Positions 12,430-25,417 of a DNA stretch of 64,000 bases are shown here, piece after piece. This DNA is from Eledone cirrhosa (lineage: Eukaryota). A model generated the notes under the pieces. The model saw nothing but the letters and a program-made list of their open reading frames with translations. It ran no database searches and was not told where the DNA came from. Where the stretch lies: contig OZ024744.1 of assembly GCA_964016885.1 (NCBI GenBank), positions 126,604,001-126,668,000 of the forward strand, read 5' to 3'. Numbering within the stretch: position 1 is the stretch's first letter; the number at the start of each line of letters is the position of its first letter. The translations under genes and the position numbers were made by a program.

Positions 12430-13859
12430 GTTACACAAGATATAATTAGAGTAATTAAAGTTATAATGAAGACAGCAGGTACCCGGTGTCGTTGGTAATG
12501 TTTCAACTCTTCTTCCGGTGTCATACGTTAAAAGTCCCTGATATAATTTAATACCTTCAGACACAGTTCCAATCGTATTTAATTGATTGTAAATCAGAAA
12601 GTATCACTCAATAAAATATCAATTATATATCAATAAGAAAGCCTCTACGTAGTCTCACTGACTGCTAGAAATAGCAGCGATATTATACAATACAACTGCT
12701 CTCTCTCTATATATATATCCACATATATGTACGTATGTATGTATATGTGTATAATGGGTATGAATGAGTGTGTATATGTGTACATAGGGTTTTGGTGTAT
12801 GTACGTTCGGTGAACATATGTGTATTTACCTGTAGGTACGTGTGAGCGTGCGTTCTATACGCTTTTATGCGTGTATATTTATATATGTATATATAATTAT
12901 ATGTATACACACAAACATATATTTATGTGTATTTGGTGTATATGTCCGTACGTGTGCGGGTATATGTGTCGCGCCGATTTACGTCTGTGTGTGCGTGTTT
13001 ATGTGTACGTGCATGTATATGCATGCATGCCGTGTGTTTTCGTATATACACGTGTATAAATGTGTGTATGTATATATTTAATTATTATTACTTTTATGAT
13101 TTTAATAACCTCTGTAATTTTCGTTCAACTAATTTATTTACATTATTCTGAACTCCGAAGCCGAGAATCATTCAGTTTCCTAAATAGTATATTAGTCTAC
13201 GACTCCATTTATACCATAAACGTGGTTTTGTCTTTACGTGAAATTGTTGTTCCCGCTCCACATAACGACGTATTATCTTCGCTTTTTTCCGTTCATTGCC
13301 AGGAAACGTCTTCACGAACCAAAGTATCGTCTTCCTGTTTTCCTTCGGTTGCAAAGTTTTTCGAAATATTTACTTTTTCGGTCATGGATTGATTTTTTAT
13401 TAGTTTCAGAAGATCCCGTTAAGGGGGAAAGCAGCGATTCTTTGCTTAAACTATAATCTGTTATTTTAATATATTTATATATATATATATATATATATAT
13501 AATTGGTTTTGGATGCTTAAAGCGTCCATATGCAGTAGGCCGTTTGAGCACTCGATGCTCTCATAGAGCAGAGTATATCACAGAAAAAGAGAGAATCAGT
13601 TTTGCGATGAGTGGAATTTAGTGGACATATTACAATGGTTTCTATGGCGACCAGCTCTGGGTACAATCGATGTGATGATCGAACCTGAAAATCTCAAGGT
13701 CCTCAGATACGTCTTGATTCTATCATATATATACATATATCTGAAGGGCAGTGCCCCAGCATGGCCTCAGCCAGTTAGCTGGAACACGTAAAAGAATAAA
13801 AGAATATAATACATACGTGTATATTCCTATATTGTATTTATCCTCATCATAATTTAAAC

Positions 13860-14340
13860 TCCAATTTACATGCTAGCATGGGTCAGACGAGTTGTCCTAT
13901 TGTGTGAAAACTTAGATCAAATAACCCTGCCTTGCTCATGCAAGAACCATTTCTGGTTGGATTGTACGGCTGGATGCCCTTCCTAACTCCAACCACATTT
14001 ACATGGTGGACTTGGTATTTATTGTTGTGTTGCTAACATGACCAACCTACAGGGTGGACAGGGTGCTTTTTGCTGCTCTTTGTCATGTCACCAATTTGAA
14101 GGGTGGTTCGGGTCCCTTCAGTCTTGCCACTAGCATGACCACTTTACAAGGTGGGCTAGAGGCCTCCTGTCATGTCTACATCACTGGGTGAACTGGGTGC
14201 TTATTTGTCATGTCACCAGCATGACTACCTTGCAGGGAGGGTTACGTGCTCTTTGTCATATTACCTAACAGAGAGGACTCTGTGTTCTTTTGTCATGACA
14301 CTTGCATGACCACCTTACAGGGTTGTTTGAGGGCTTTTAG
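13860..14340 (-). mobile_element. SINE carrying about 6-7 diverged copies of the 48-bp module (paralog at about 27240-27720)
   Basis: ggctggatgcccttcctaactccaacc is followed by degenerate catgaccactttaca..gtggact.ggtgctttttgtcatg units, the reverse complement of the satellite monomer. Confidence 0.6.
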
Positions 14341-14599
14341 CCATTTAAGCAGCATTGGGTAGAGCATGTTAAGTTTTCCATACTTGTATACATGGGTTGG
14401 TCAAGAAAGGTGTATCAGATGTGAAAGTGGGAGTGGGGCTGTGTGTATGTAGGGTGGAGATTGGAGAGGTAGGTCAGGGTGATGTACTTAGCTGGTAAGG
14501 GGTGGAGTGTTAAGATGTGGAGAGGAGGAAAATTGGAGCATACTTCAAACCACTAAATGTTGTGTCATCCCGTGCACATTGGAATGCAGGTCCCCTGCA

Positions 14600-15240
14600 G
14601 TACTGTATAACGCCAGAGATTTCAATCCTGTGTCATCACCTTTGAGAGGTACAATGGTGTCAGGTCAGTTTTTACCTCCTCATACCAAGCTTTCCTAGAT
14701 CTTCCGATTCCATCAATTTCAAGCGGTCAACCTTTGATACAGCATCTCTACCTTCATACACATCACATGTCCATACCACAGCAATCTACACTACTTCATA
14801 CTGTATCTTATCCCTCCCATGACCAGGTTCTCTCTCAGATTATTTACACTTTGCTCTTCCTGTATATTAGTATTACACATCCATTGGAGAATTCAAGCTT
14901 CATTTCTGTCCAATCTTCGGAGGTCCTCTGCACACACCACCCAGATCTCACTGCAATGCAGCATTGCTGTTCATATGCAAACATCAATTTGATGAAACAA
15001 CCTTTTGTAGCTAGCAGCAGTAGTAACACCCTAAACCTTTGCCATCTTGTTCTTACTTTGGTTACTGTACTTTCAGAACACCTACCTCCACTGCTAATTT
15101 GGTCCCCCTGGTAAGAGAAACTGTCAACTGCTTCTACAGAATCCTTTAAATATTTGATAGAGCTTGTCTCCTAAAGTGATTGCTTCTTACTGCTCCAGTG
15201 CAGTGACTCCTTGTAAACCCTACATTCTTAGCTAACTCAC
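14600..15240 (-). mobile_element. Degenerate RTE LINE fragment (paralog at about 27980-28640)
   Basis: Minus-strand remnants of the YLGD..GGCSE..LLATKG and LWYGHVM segments. Confidence 0.65.
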
Positions 15241-15739
15241 TATGTATCCCACTAAATCTCTGGTGTACCCATAGTCTCTTTAGTGTAAATAATTGTTTCT
15301 ACTTTTGACGCAATGCTAGCAATTATCCCAGTGTACCACTGGTACTTTATTTTATCGACCCCGTAAGGATAAAAGGCATAGTTAACCTCGGCGGGATTTG
15401 AACTCAGACCATAAAGGGCCATAACTCTTTGCTGCAAAGCATGGCGTCCGTCCCTCTAACGACACTGCCAATCCGCTGCCTTTAGTGTAAAGAATGTTTC
15501 ATACACATATGTATGTGTGACCACTGGTTTCTGAGTCCACTTATGGCCACCACTGTTTAATGGAAGGAGGCACTTCTAAACAGACCCTTCATTAAGCATG
15601 CTGACAAATATATTAATATATTAAAAGGAAGTTCTTTCCTCCAACAATTTTCACACCAAACAGAGGAGAGTTTCATATTGTTAAAAAGGGAGGTAAATCT
15701 TTAGTGGTGGAATTGTCAGGCTTAATTATATATGTAATT

Positions 15740-16372
15740 AGATACACATAGAAGTGGTTGATAGCTTTTGCAATCTAGGTGACTTAATTAGCAGTGGAGG
15801 GCGCTGCTCTGAAAGATGAATAGCTAGAATAAAGATAGGATGGAAAAGGTTTAGAGAGCTACTGCAACAGTTGACCGAAAAAGGTTTCTCTCTCTGTACA
15901 AAAGGACAACTGTATGACACATGTGGGTGATGTGTAATGATGCATGGTAACTAAACAAGGGCTGTTATTGCAGAGGATATGTAGACTGGAGAGAAACCAT
16001 GCTTTATAGGATATGTTGTGTAAGTGTGAGAGAAAGGCAGAGCTTGGACGAGTTCAAGAAGAAGCTGGGTTTAAGAGTGATCTGAAGGGGTGTGTAAGAG
16101 AGAAGACTGCGTTTGTACAGACATGTGATGCCCATGGATAATGACCGCTGGGTGAAGAAGTGCCAGGAAATCCCAAGTAGAAGGAAGCCATGGTAGAGGT
16201 AGACCAAGAAAGACCTGGACAGAGGCTGTGTGAACTGACTTCAAATAACTGACTCTTACAGGACATGTAAAAGGAACACGTCAAGTGGAAAGATGCCATG
16301 TTAAGAAGGACCTGTCCAACCAAGCAAGCATGGAAAAACGGACATAAAAACTGATGATGTTGATGAAGATGA
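15740..16372 (+). mobile_element. RTE LINE 3' fragment with a (GAT)n-like tail
   Basis: Degenerate RT C-terminus ending ggaaaaacggacataaaaactgatgatg. Confidence 0.7.
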
Positions 16373-16679
16373 CGTACATATACAAACATACATAAGCAAA
16401 TAAATCAAATACAGATATGCACATACGTATATACAAACATAGATACAACATATACATGGACACAAATTTCTACTCACATACATATAGCGTATGTCAATTC
16501 TGAACGATACCGTTTTTTCAGCACAAGTCTTGGTTACAACTTCTACAAATAAAATGAAAGGAGAAGAATTTCTGAGTAAAACAGTTCTATTCAAAATATT
16601 AACAACATTGGTGGCACTATTTTAGGTGAGTGACATGGTTTTTATCTTGTCTGATTGTGTTGCATTAAGTAATCTTTAC

Positions 16680-16992
16680 AATGGAATGATTTATCAGACA
16701 CCACAGTGATATAGTTCCTCTCCTGTATATGTTAGTGCCTAGTGAAGCCACAACATTTAGAGAATTATTTACCACAGACATCACAGTGATATGGTTCCTC
16801 TCCTGTATGTTAGTGTGTAGTGAAACCACAACATTTAGAGAATGATTTATCACAGACATCACAGTGATATGGTTCCTCTCCTGTATGTTAGTGTCTAGTG
16901 AAGCCACAACATTTAGAGAATGATTTATCAGTGATATGGTTCCTCTCCTGTATGTTAGTGTGTAGTGAAACCAAAATTAGAAAATGATTTAC
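16680..16992 (-). repeat. Decayed zinc-finger-derived tandem repeat (about 78 bp, 4 copies) downstream of the ZNF stop
   Basis: Unit tttaccacagacatcacagtgatatggttcctctcctgtatg..gagaatga is a shortened 84-bp finger unit. More decayed fingers lie at 17145-17310, separated by an RTE 3' end (16993-17145). Confidence 0.75.
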
Positions 16993-17363
16993 ATGGGTGG
17001 AGGTGACGAGAGCAGACGTTTGAAGCTCATGGTGCAGATGACAAAGGACCGCGACAAGTGGAGAGATGCTTTGCTGAATAGGACCCATCCCACCATTGCA
17101 AGCAGGGAAAAGCGGACGTAAAATGATGATGATGATGATGATGATATGGTTTCCCTCATCTATGCATATATTTAGTTAAATTGCTCCATTAAAAGATATA
17201 TTTTCCAAACATATCAAAGTGATATGGCTTCCCACCTGTATAAGTTTGTGTGAAGTTAATGTAGCATTGAAAGAGAATGATTTACCACAGATATTACACT
17301 GATATATATTTGTATTCTCATTAATTCACAAATTTGAGAGGATTGATCACTGATCTCAATGCG

Positions 17364-18470
17364 TTATGATTTCTCCTCTGCATGTATGAGTTTGTGAGTA
17401 GCTAGGCTACTTTTCCCAGAGAATGATATACCACAGATATCACAGTGGTATGGCTTGTCTCCTGTATGGGTACGTATGTGTCTAGTTAAGGTACTACTTC
17501 GAGAGAATGATTTACCACAGATATCACAGTGATATGGCTTGTCTCCTGTATGTATTCGTTTGTGTCTAGTTAAGGTACTATTTATAGAGAATGATTTACC
17601 ACAGATATCACAGTGGTATGGCTGGTCTCCTGTATGGGTACGTTTGTGGCTAGTTAATGTACTACTTTGAGAGAATGATTTACCACAGATATCACAGTGA
17701 TATGGCTTGTCTCCTGTATGTATACGTTTGTGTTTAGTTAAGGTACCACTTACAGAGAATGATATACCACAGATTTCACAGTGATATGGCTTGTCTCTTG
17801 TGTGGGTACGTATGTGGCTAGTTAAAGAACCACTTACAGAGAATGATTTACCACAGATATCACAGTGATATGGCTTGTCTCCTGTATGTATACGTTTGTG
17901 GCTAGTTAAGTAACTACTCACAGAGAATGATTTACCACAGATATCACAGTGGTATGGCTTGTCTGCTGTATGGGTACGTATGTGTGTCGTTAAGGAACTA
18001 CTCTCAGAAAATGATTTACCACAGATATGACAGTGATATGGCTTATCTACTGTATGTATATGTTTGTGTCTAGTTAAGTGACTACTTTGAGAGAATGATT
18101 TACTACAGATGTCACAGTGGTATGGCTTGTCTCCTGTATGGGTACGTAAGTGTTTAGTTAATGCATCACTTTGAGGGAATGTTTTACCACAGATATCACA
18201 GTCATATGGCTTCTCACCTGTATGTAAATGGTTGTGACTAGTTAGGCTACTTTTCCCAGAGAATGATTTAGCACAGATATTACAGTGATATGGTTTGACT
18301 CCTGTATGTATAACTTTGTGAGTAGTTAAGGTACTACGTATATTGAATGATTTACCACAGATATTGCAGTGATATGGTTTCTCTTCTCCAGCCTTTGTCA
18401 TCTCACCAGGAATACTAAACATTTTCGATTGTGTTTCGCATTTAACCTTTTCACTCCATTTATTTTCCAT
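17364..18470 (-). CDS. C2H2 zinc-finger protein, 368 aa, 12 tandem fingers, single coding exon
   Basis: Intact ORF with 12 CxxC-x12-HxxxH fingers and TGDKPY-type linkers after a short leader of about 30 aa; no effector domain recognised. Confidence 0.92.
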   Translation of the reverse strand: MENKWSEKVKCETQSKMFSIPGEMTKAGEEKPYHCNICGKSFNIRSTLTTHKVIHTGVKPYHCNICAKSFSGKSSLTSHNHLHTGEKPYDCDICGKTFPQSDALTKHLRTHTGDKPYHCDICSKSFSQSSHLTRHKHIHTVDKPYHCHICGKSFSESSSLTTHIRTHTADKPYHCDICGKSFSVSSYLTSHKRIHTGDKPYHCDICGKSFSVSGSLTSHIRTHTRDKPYHCEICGISFSVSGTLTKHKRIHTGDKPYHCDICGKSFSQSSTLTSHKRTHTGDQPYHCDICGKSFSINSTLTRHKRIHTGDKPYHCDICGKSFSRSSTLTRHIRTHTGDKPYHCDICGISFSGKSSLATHKLIHAEEKS

Positions 18471-20399
18471 AATAATTTTATCTTCAACAGAATATACTTG
18501 TAATATTTTTTAGATTATATTCCTAAAAAATATATCTTCTATATTTCCCTCAACTGTGATTTCAGTTAATAGTCTTCAAATGATGATAAATAGAGGTGAT
18601 GTATCCAAGATTGAAAATAATAATTTATCCCAATGTCATCTGGTATTCTGAAATAAGAAAGAAACAGTATGAGATAATACAGAATACTTAAGAAGCAGAG
18701 ATAGATTTAACAGTGGAAACTTTATATTTTTATATTGGTAAACTGTAGATATCAACTTTCCTGTCCAGAGTAATTCTCTCCAATGCAAACAGTGGTATTC
18801 CAGCATGCTCTATAAATGTGATCCTTCTATATCTAGAGAGGTCTGCTCTATGGCAGTTTAGTGAAAAATTCATTCTGATAGGACTCTCTAATATAGCAAT
18901 CATCTCCTCTCCTGGTGAAACCAGTTTAACTTTTTATTAGTAGGAGTCAATTGTTCCTCTACATCTTTTTCTTACTTCTTTTCTATCTTTCTCTGGGAGA
19001 AATCGGCTGTGTTTAGACCAGGAGTTACGAGTCTATATGAATCCATACAATATCTGATTTCACTTGAAGTTTGATTCAGATCTCAATTCTGTTCAAACGA
19101 GAGAGGTGATGGGCTCCATCAGGTTTTAAAATATGCCCGAGAAATACTGTATGTCACTTCATTTGTTTAGGACTATGTCTGGGTTAGCCAGCCAAATATC
19201 AGTAGAAGGGAAAACGGGGCCCTGATCCCCTCAGAAAAATGGCCTTGCTCAGTGTGCTAGAAAGGTGTAGGTAGAAATTCCATTCTCTGTCCAAAATACA
19301 AACAATGGGTACACAAGAGATGTAGTGGGATCTCAGGTAGGTTAGCTAAGAATATAGGTTTTACATGTGGCCATTGCACAGGAGCAGTAAGCAGCAAACA
19401 TTCACAGGAAGCAACGATTGACTTTCGTCAAATTGGACCGAGGAAACAATGTTTCCATTGGTCTTTCCAATTGCTAATACTATCTATCAGTCACAACTCC
19501 AGGTAGAAAGAGCAATGTGAAATAAAATGTCTTGCTCAAGGACAAAACGCATCACCCGGTCGGTGAAACGAACTCACAACCTCACGATTGCGAATCCAAT
19601 TCTCTAACCACTCAGCCACACGCCTTCACAGGAAACAAGCTCTAACAAACTGTTGGAGGGTCACATAGAAGAGGTAGACAGCTTCTGTTACCTGGGTGAT
19701 GATATCATCAGTGGAGGTGGGTGTTCTGAAAGTAGAGCAGCCTGAGTGAACATGGAATGGAAAAGGTTCAGGATGCTACTACCACTGCAACTTACTAAAG
19801 GCTTTTTCCTCAACACAAAGGGCGGGTTGAATAATGCGTGTATACGAACAGTTTAACACACACACACATATATATATATATTTATAAGTGTGTATATATA
19901 TACTTTAAGACAATGTCACTGGACTGAGATCTTTGGCACTACTCAGTAATACAGAAGACCCACCTTGCCTATGTACAAAGCGAAACCTAGTCAGTAGGCA
20001 CTTCTTAACCAAATATACATCCCACTACCCCTATCAACACCTCCCTTTCTTTGTAAATTTCTGTTGGTACCACAACATCCAGTCCTAAATAAATGAGGTC
20101 GTGTAGGTGTCACGACAAAAAAACACACAGTCCACGCTGTAATGTGGCCGTGTAGGTAACACGGTAAAACCTCACAGTCCACACTGTAAACGTGGTTGGT
20201 GTTAGGAAGGATATCCAGCCATAGAAAACCTGCCATCTAGTCCTATACAAGTGAGATACGGTCACCCGACCAATCTTACCTCAACTAAACCCGGGCTAGC
20301 GTGGAAGGTAGACGTTAAACGATGATGATGATGATGATGATGATGACAAGCAATATATATAATCTAAGTAGTATGGTATAATGAAAGCATATAATGTAG

Positions 20400-21870
20400 G
20401 TACAGCAGTATTCTCATAAATTGCTACAAAGGTAAAAGGGATGCTCTAGAGAGCAGCAATTATAGGGGCATAAAGCTGATGGATCAGGTTATGAAAGTGG
20501 CAGAGAGAATATTAGCGCAGCTGATTAGAGAAAGGGTCAATTTAGATGAGATGCAGTTTGGTTTTGTGCCTCAGAAAAGTACAACAGAAGCCCTCTTCAT
20601 AGTGAGGCAACTACAAGAGATGTTCTTAGAGAAGAATAAGTCATTATACTTAGCTTTTGTTGACCTAGAGAAGGCCTTTGATAGGGTACCCTGATCTGTC
20701 ATCTGGTGGTCCTAGGTGTAGAGGAATGGCTTGTGAGGACAGTGCTAGCTATGTACAGGGGTGCTGTCAGTAAAGTGAGGGTAGGAATGGAGTTTAGTGA
20801 GGAATTCCAGATACAAGTAGGTGTACATCAAGGTTCGGTCCTCAGCCCACTCTTGTTTGTTATAGGCCTCCAAGCCATAACAGGAGTTTAAGACTGGATG
20901 CCCATGGGAACTTCTCTATGCTGATGATCTGGCTCTTATAGCAGAATCAGTAGAGGGTTTAGAGAATAAATTCTGGCTATGGAAACAGCAGTTGGAAGCA
21001 AGAGGACTGAGAGTGAATCTAGCTTAAACAAAAGTGTTGATAAGTAGAAAAGAGGACAAAACTCTGATTCCATCAGGGAAATGGCCATGTTTGATATATA
21101 GGAAACGAACTGGCATAAATTCCAATAAAATGTACGCAATGCAGATGTTGGGTACACAAGAGATGTAGTGGGATAGCAGGCAAACTAACAGGTTGGGAGA
21201 ACTATCTATGCAGTAGATGTACAGGGAAAGTTGGCAGTAGTAATCGCAGTGATAAACACATTTTTCAAATACAGGTGGGTTCTATAGATGTGGTTTATAG
21301 CTTCCGGTACCTAGGTGATCAGATTAGCATGGGAGGGGTTGTTCCGAGGCCATAGGATCTAAAATAAGGACGGCTTGGAAGAAGTTTATGGAGCTGCTTT
21401 CTCTGTTGACAAAGAAGGGTTACTCCCTGCATACGAAAGTACGGTTATATGATGCCTGTGTAAGACGTGCGATGCTACATGGTAGTAAGACATGGGCAGC
21501 AACTGCAAAGGATATGTGACGGCTGAAGAGAAGCAAGCATGCTCCGTTGGATGTGCAATATCAATGTGTGTGAACGACCAAGCATAGACGAGTTGAGAAA
21601 GAAACTGGGTATAAGAGGATAGGTTGTGGTGTGCAGGAGAGAAGACTGAGATGGTATGGACATGTGACCACTGGGTAAAGAAGTGCCAAATAATCCCAGT
21701 AGTAGGAAGACGCAGAAGAGGTAGACCACATAAAACATGGGCGGAGGTGGTGAGAGAAAACCTCAGATCGCTAAAACTCACCGAGGAGATGACAAGTGGA
21801 GAGATGCTGTGCTGAATAGGACCTGTCCCACCCTTGCAAGCAGGGAAAAACGGACGTAAAATGATGATGA
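20400..21870 (+). mobile_element. 5'-truncated RTE-clade LINE (RT, Cys-rich insert, 3' tail)
   Basis: QFGFVPQKSTTEALFIVRQLQE..FVDLEKAFDRVP, GVHQGSVLSPLLF and LLYADDL; ends ggaaaaacggacgtaaaatgatgatga. Confidence 0.9.
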
Positions 21871-22619
21871 TATATATATATATATATACTAGTATTCCAG
21901 TGTTTAGGGAGAGACCGATAACATTGTTAGAACTCATTGCAGCCTTGAAGAGATGGTTTCAACAAGATTGGGTGATGAAAGTTATAGTTTTTGTAGTAGG
22001 ATCTCATCACATTAGGTTCCTTCAAAGATTCTTCTAGAGTTACAGTCATTTATATATATGTGTGTGTTTTGAACAATGAAAATAAAACTAGAGACAAAGA
22101 TATGTTCTTAATTAGTTCATTGTTTTATGATAATTTTAGAGGTTTAATTGAGCATGGTTGATTGATATATTGACAAACAGATAGTTGTTATGTCACTAAC
22201 TATTTCTAGTCTCAAAATCCCTGATCAATCACACCGTATCAATATATTGATTTACCATGATCAATCAACCCTTTGAAACGATCGTAAAACAATGAACCAT
22301 GTCTCAGACTTTTGTTTTATTTTCAATGTTCAATACCCACAAACACACATATATAATTGACAATTTCTTTGGAATAATTGATAAGACTTGGGGCTGGAAC
22401 AAAGTATCAGCCAGACAGAGGGTGACCTAGTGGTGAAACAGCACAGTAGATAGAGCTATTAACCCTGTAGCATTTACATTACTCTATATTTACTATTATA
22501 TTTTCATGGTAAAGTCTTTATCTCACATAATATTGAATCTATGAGACTTTGATATTACTTATTTTGAGGACAATACATTAACATCAATATGAGCAGCGAG
22601 TTACAGCCGGTTTGAACAG

Positions 22620-23990
22620 AAAGAAGTGAGAGAATTCTGGCTGGATATGGCCAGTTTAAATGATAAAGGGTTAAAGACAAGTGACAGGCATGGAAAGACT
22701 GGAAAAATAGGGGCTTCAGACCAGGACCAGGTAGTTAAGAGAGAAGCTAGAAGACAGGTATACATAACACAGAGAGAGGCTGAAAAAAGAAAGTTTGCCA
22801 ACGTATTGAGACATGAGAATCAGAGGTGTGAAGTGTTCCACATTGCAAGACAGGGAAAGGTGTGTTAGAAATGACATTGGTACACTTAGCACCACTGATG
22901 CTCAAAAGAAAGAGGCCTGGAAATGTTACTATGAGAGATTGATGAATGTAGAGAATAAATTAAGAAGCAATCTTAGACTTTTGTTTTATGTTCATTGTTC
23001 AACACACATACACATATAATTGACATTCTCTTTGGAATCACTTATGAAACTTGTTAGTGACACAACTACAAGAGAGGTTCCTAGCCAAGATTAAGCTGCA
23101 ATATTTAGCTTTTATAGATCTAGAAAAGGCCTTTGACAGAGTACCTTACTCTATTATCTGGTGGTCCTTCAGAAAATTAGGTGGAGAATGGCTTTTGAGA
23201 GCAGTGCAAGCCATGTACAGAGGAGCTGTCAGTAAAGTGAGAGTAGGAAGGGAGTTTAGTGAAGAATTCAATGTACAGGTAGGTGTTCATCATGGTTCAG
23301 TTCACAACCCACTGCTGTTCATCATAGTTCTCCAGGCCATAACCAATGGGTTTAAGACTGGCTGTTCACGGGAAACAGTCTATGTGAATGATCTGGTCCT
23401 TATAGCTGAATCCATAAAAGAACTAGAGAATAAGCGACCCTACTGCATATGTAGGAAAGAAGTAGGCATAAACTGTACACAATGATAGCTTCCGCTATCT
23501 AGGTAACCTAATTAGCAGCAGAGGAGGGTGCCTCGTAAGAGAGGATAGGATTGAAGTTTAGAGAGCTACTTACTCTGTTGGCAAATAAAGTTTCTAGCTA
23601 CGTACAAAGATGTTGGCTGTACAATGCCTGTGTGTAAAGTGCAATACTGCATGGAAGTGAAACAAGGGCAGTAACTGCAGAAGACATGCATAAGCTGGAG
23701 AGAAATGGAGCAACCATGCTTCGTTGGGTGTGCAACGTAAATGTGAGAGGAAGGCAGAGCTTGGATAAAATGAGGAAGAAATTGGTAATCACTGGTTAAA
23801 GAAGTGCCACGGAAAACCAGAGAAGAGAAGCCATACTAGAGGGAGATGAGGGTAGATGTGGTGAGAGCTGATCTCAAATTGCTGAGGCTCACAGATGACG
23901 AAGGAACAAGCGAGTGGGGAGATGTTGTGCTTAAAAGGACCCATCCAACCCATGCCAGGATTGAAAAACGGACGTAAAACTATGATGATG
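22620..23990 (+). mobile_element. Fragmented RTE-clade LINE
   Basis: AFIDLEKAFDRVP..GVHHGSVHNPLLFII, with the 3' tail aaacggacgtaaaactatgatgatg. Confidence 0.85.
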
Positions 23991-23998
23991 GTGTAGAT

Positions 23999-24925
23999 CA
24001 AAGGTTCTCAATGGGGGGGGGGGCGTTTCAGAACTCTAGGGGGGTGTTTGGGAGCAATGTCACGTTAGGGGGGCGTTTGGAGCTGGGGGAGGGGGTTAGG
24101 GGGGCGCTGGGTTTTTCCATTTTTAGGATCTCAATTACTGGTTAACGTCTCAATTACCGGACATGCCTGCACACCTGCGGTCAGACTATAGTTATGCTGT
24201 CTGCAGCTGTGCAGGCATGTCCGGCAATTGAGACGTTAACCGGTAATTGAGATACTAAAAATGGAAAAACCCACAGTCACCTGAGTCAAAGACACTTTGA
24301 GCGCAGACAGTTAGAATCTTGTCTGAAATTATTGACTCAACCGTAACGCGTTAACACTATGTAGATCTATTTTATTTCCTATTGTATAAATATTATTACA
24401 AATAAAAAAAAGAACACACATCTAGGACCACATACAACACATAATCAGATAATACACACATCTAGCACCACATACAACACATAATCAGATAATACACACA
24501 TCTAGGACCACATACAACACATAATCAGATAATACACACATCTAGGACCACATACAACACATAATCAGATAATACACACATCTAGGACCACATACAGCAC
24601 ATAATCAGATAATACACACATCTAGGACCACATACAACACATAATCAGATAATACACACATCTAGGACCACATACAACACATAATCAGATAATACACACA
24701 TCTAGGACCACATACAACACATAATCAGATAATACACACATCTAGGACCACATACAACACATAATCAGATAATACACACGTGTTTGGAATATTGTTAATC
24801 AATTTTTTAGTAAACTACTGATATAAAAATCAGTAGTATATTGAAAAAATTGAAAAAATGGGGGGCGTTTCATGAATTCGAGGGACAAAAGAGGGCGTTT
24901 GGCCTAAATGGGTTGAGAACCTGTG
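23999..24925. mobile_element. Non-autonomous hAT (Charlie-like) element with an 8-bp TSD
   Basis: TIRs caaaggttctcaa / ttgagaacctgtg; TSD GTGTAGAT at 23991-23998 and 24926-24933; internal inverted repeat at about 24113-24272. Confidence 0.85.
24414..24780. repeat. 40-bp minisatellite (about 9 copies) inside the hAT element
   Basis: Unit aatacacacatctaggaccacatacaacacataatcagat. Confidence 0.92.
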
Positions 24926-25218
24926 GTGTAGATGAAGTAAATTAAATCAAGATAGATTTAGACTAAAACGAACAAAACTTCCCTGAAACAACAACAAGGT
25001 ACAGCTAAATATAAACTATATTTTATAATGTAAGGTAGTGAACCACATAATTAAATAGACGGAGGTAATTTAAATAATAAAGACAGTCATGATAACAATA
25101 TATTTTATATCACATGTAACAGTGGAATCTGGTTAATTACTGGATCGTTGTAGGGGTCACATAATTATATTATTTACACACATTAATATAGACATTAAGT
25201 AAATCTTTGACAACTTAC

Positions 25219-25417
25219 CTCCTTCACATATAATCAATGTGTTGTGTTGTTAGTTGTTACTAAACAACCAAAGAAATAATCTCTTTGTTATCAAATTAGA
25301 AGTTTCAATGTTATCAGCTTTATTTCACGACATTAACGTTGGTGTATCTTCTTCATCTTTAGTCATAAATTGATATCTTGTCAGAATGAAGTAGTGAGGC
25401 TGACTTTATGTCTTTAG
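25219..25417 (-). other. Putative 5' UTR exon of the intact ZNF gene (copy C)
   Basis: Same acceptor and gtaagt-donor-bounded block, upstream of 18647. Confidence 0.55.

Larger units (their letters stand above)
11984..15735. repeat. Segmental duplication block, paralogous to about 25190-28888
   Basis: Collinear high identity across the UTR exon, TA/TG tract, CpG-richer 13140-13720 segment, SINE and RTE fragment. Confidence 0.9.

Noticed and set aside
13600-13690. Box C/D snoRNA (gcgatga/gtgatga ... ctga), duplicated at about 26980-27070
   Set aside because: No convincing terminal stem or box spacing; its conservation is explained by the segmental duplication.
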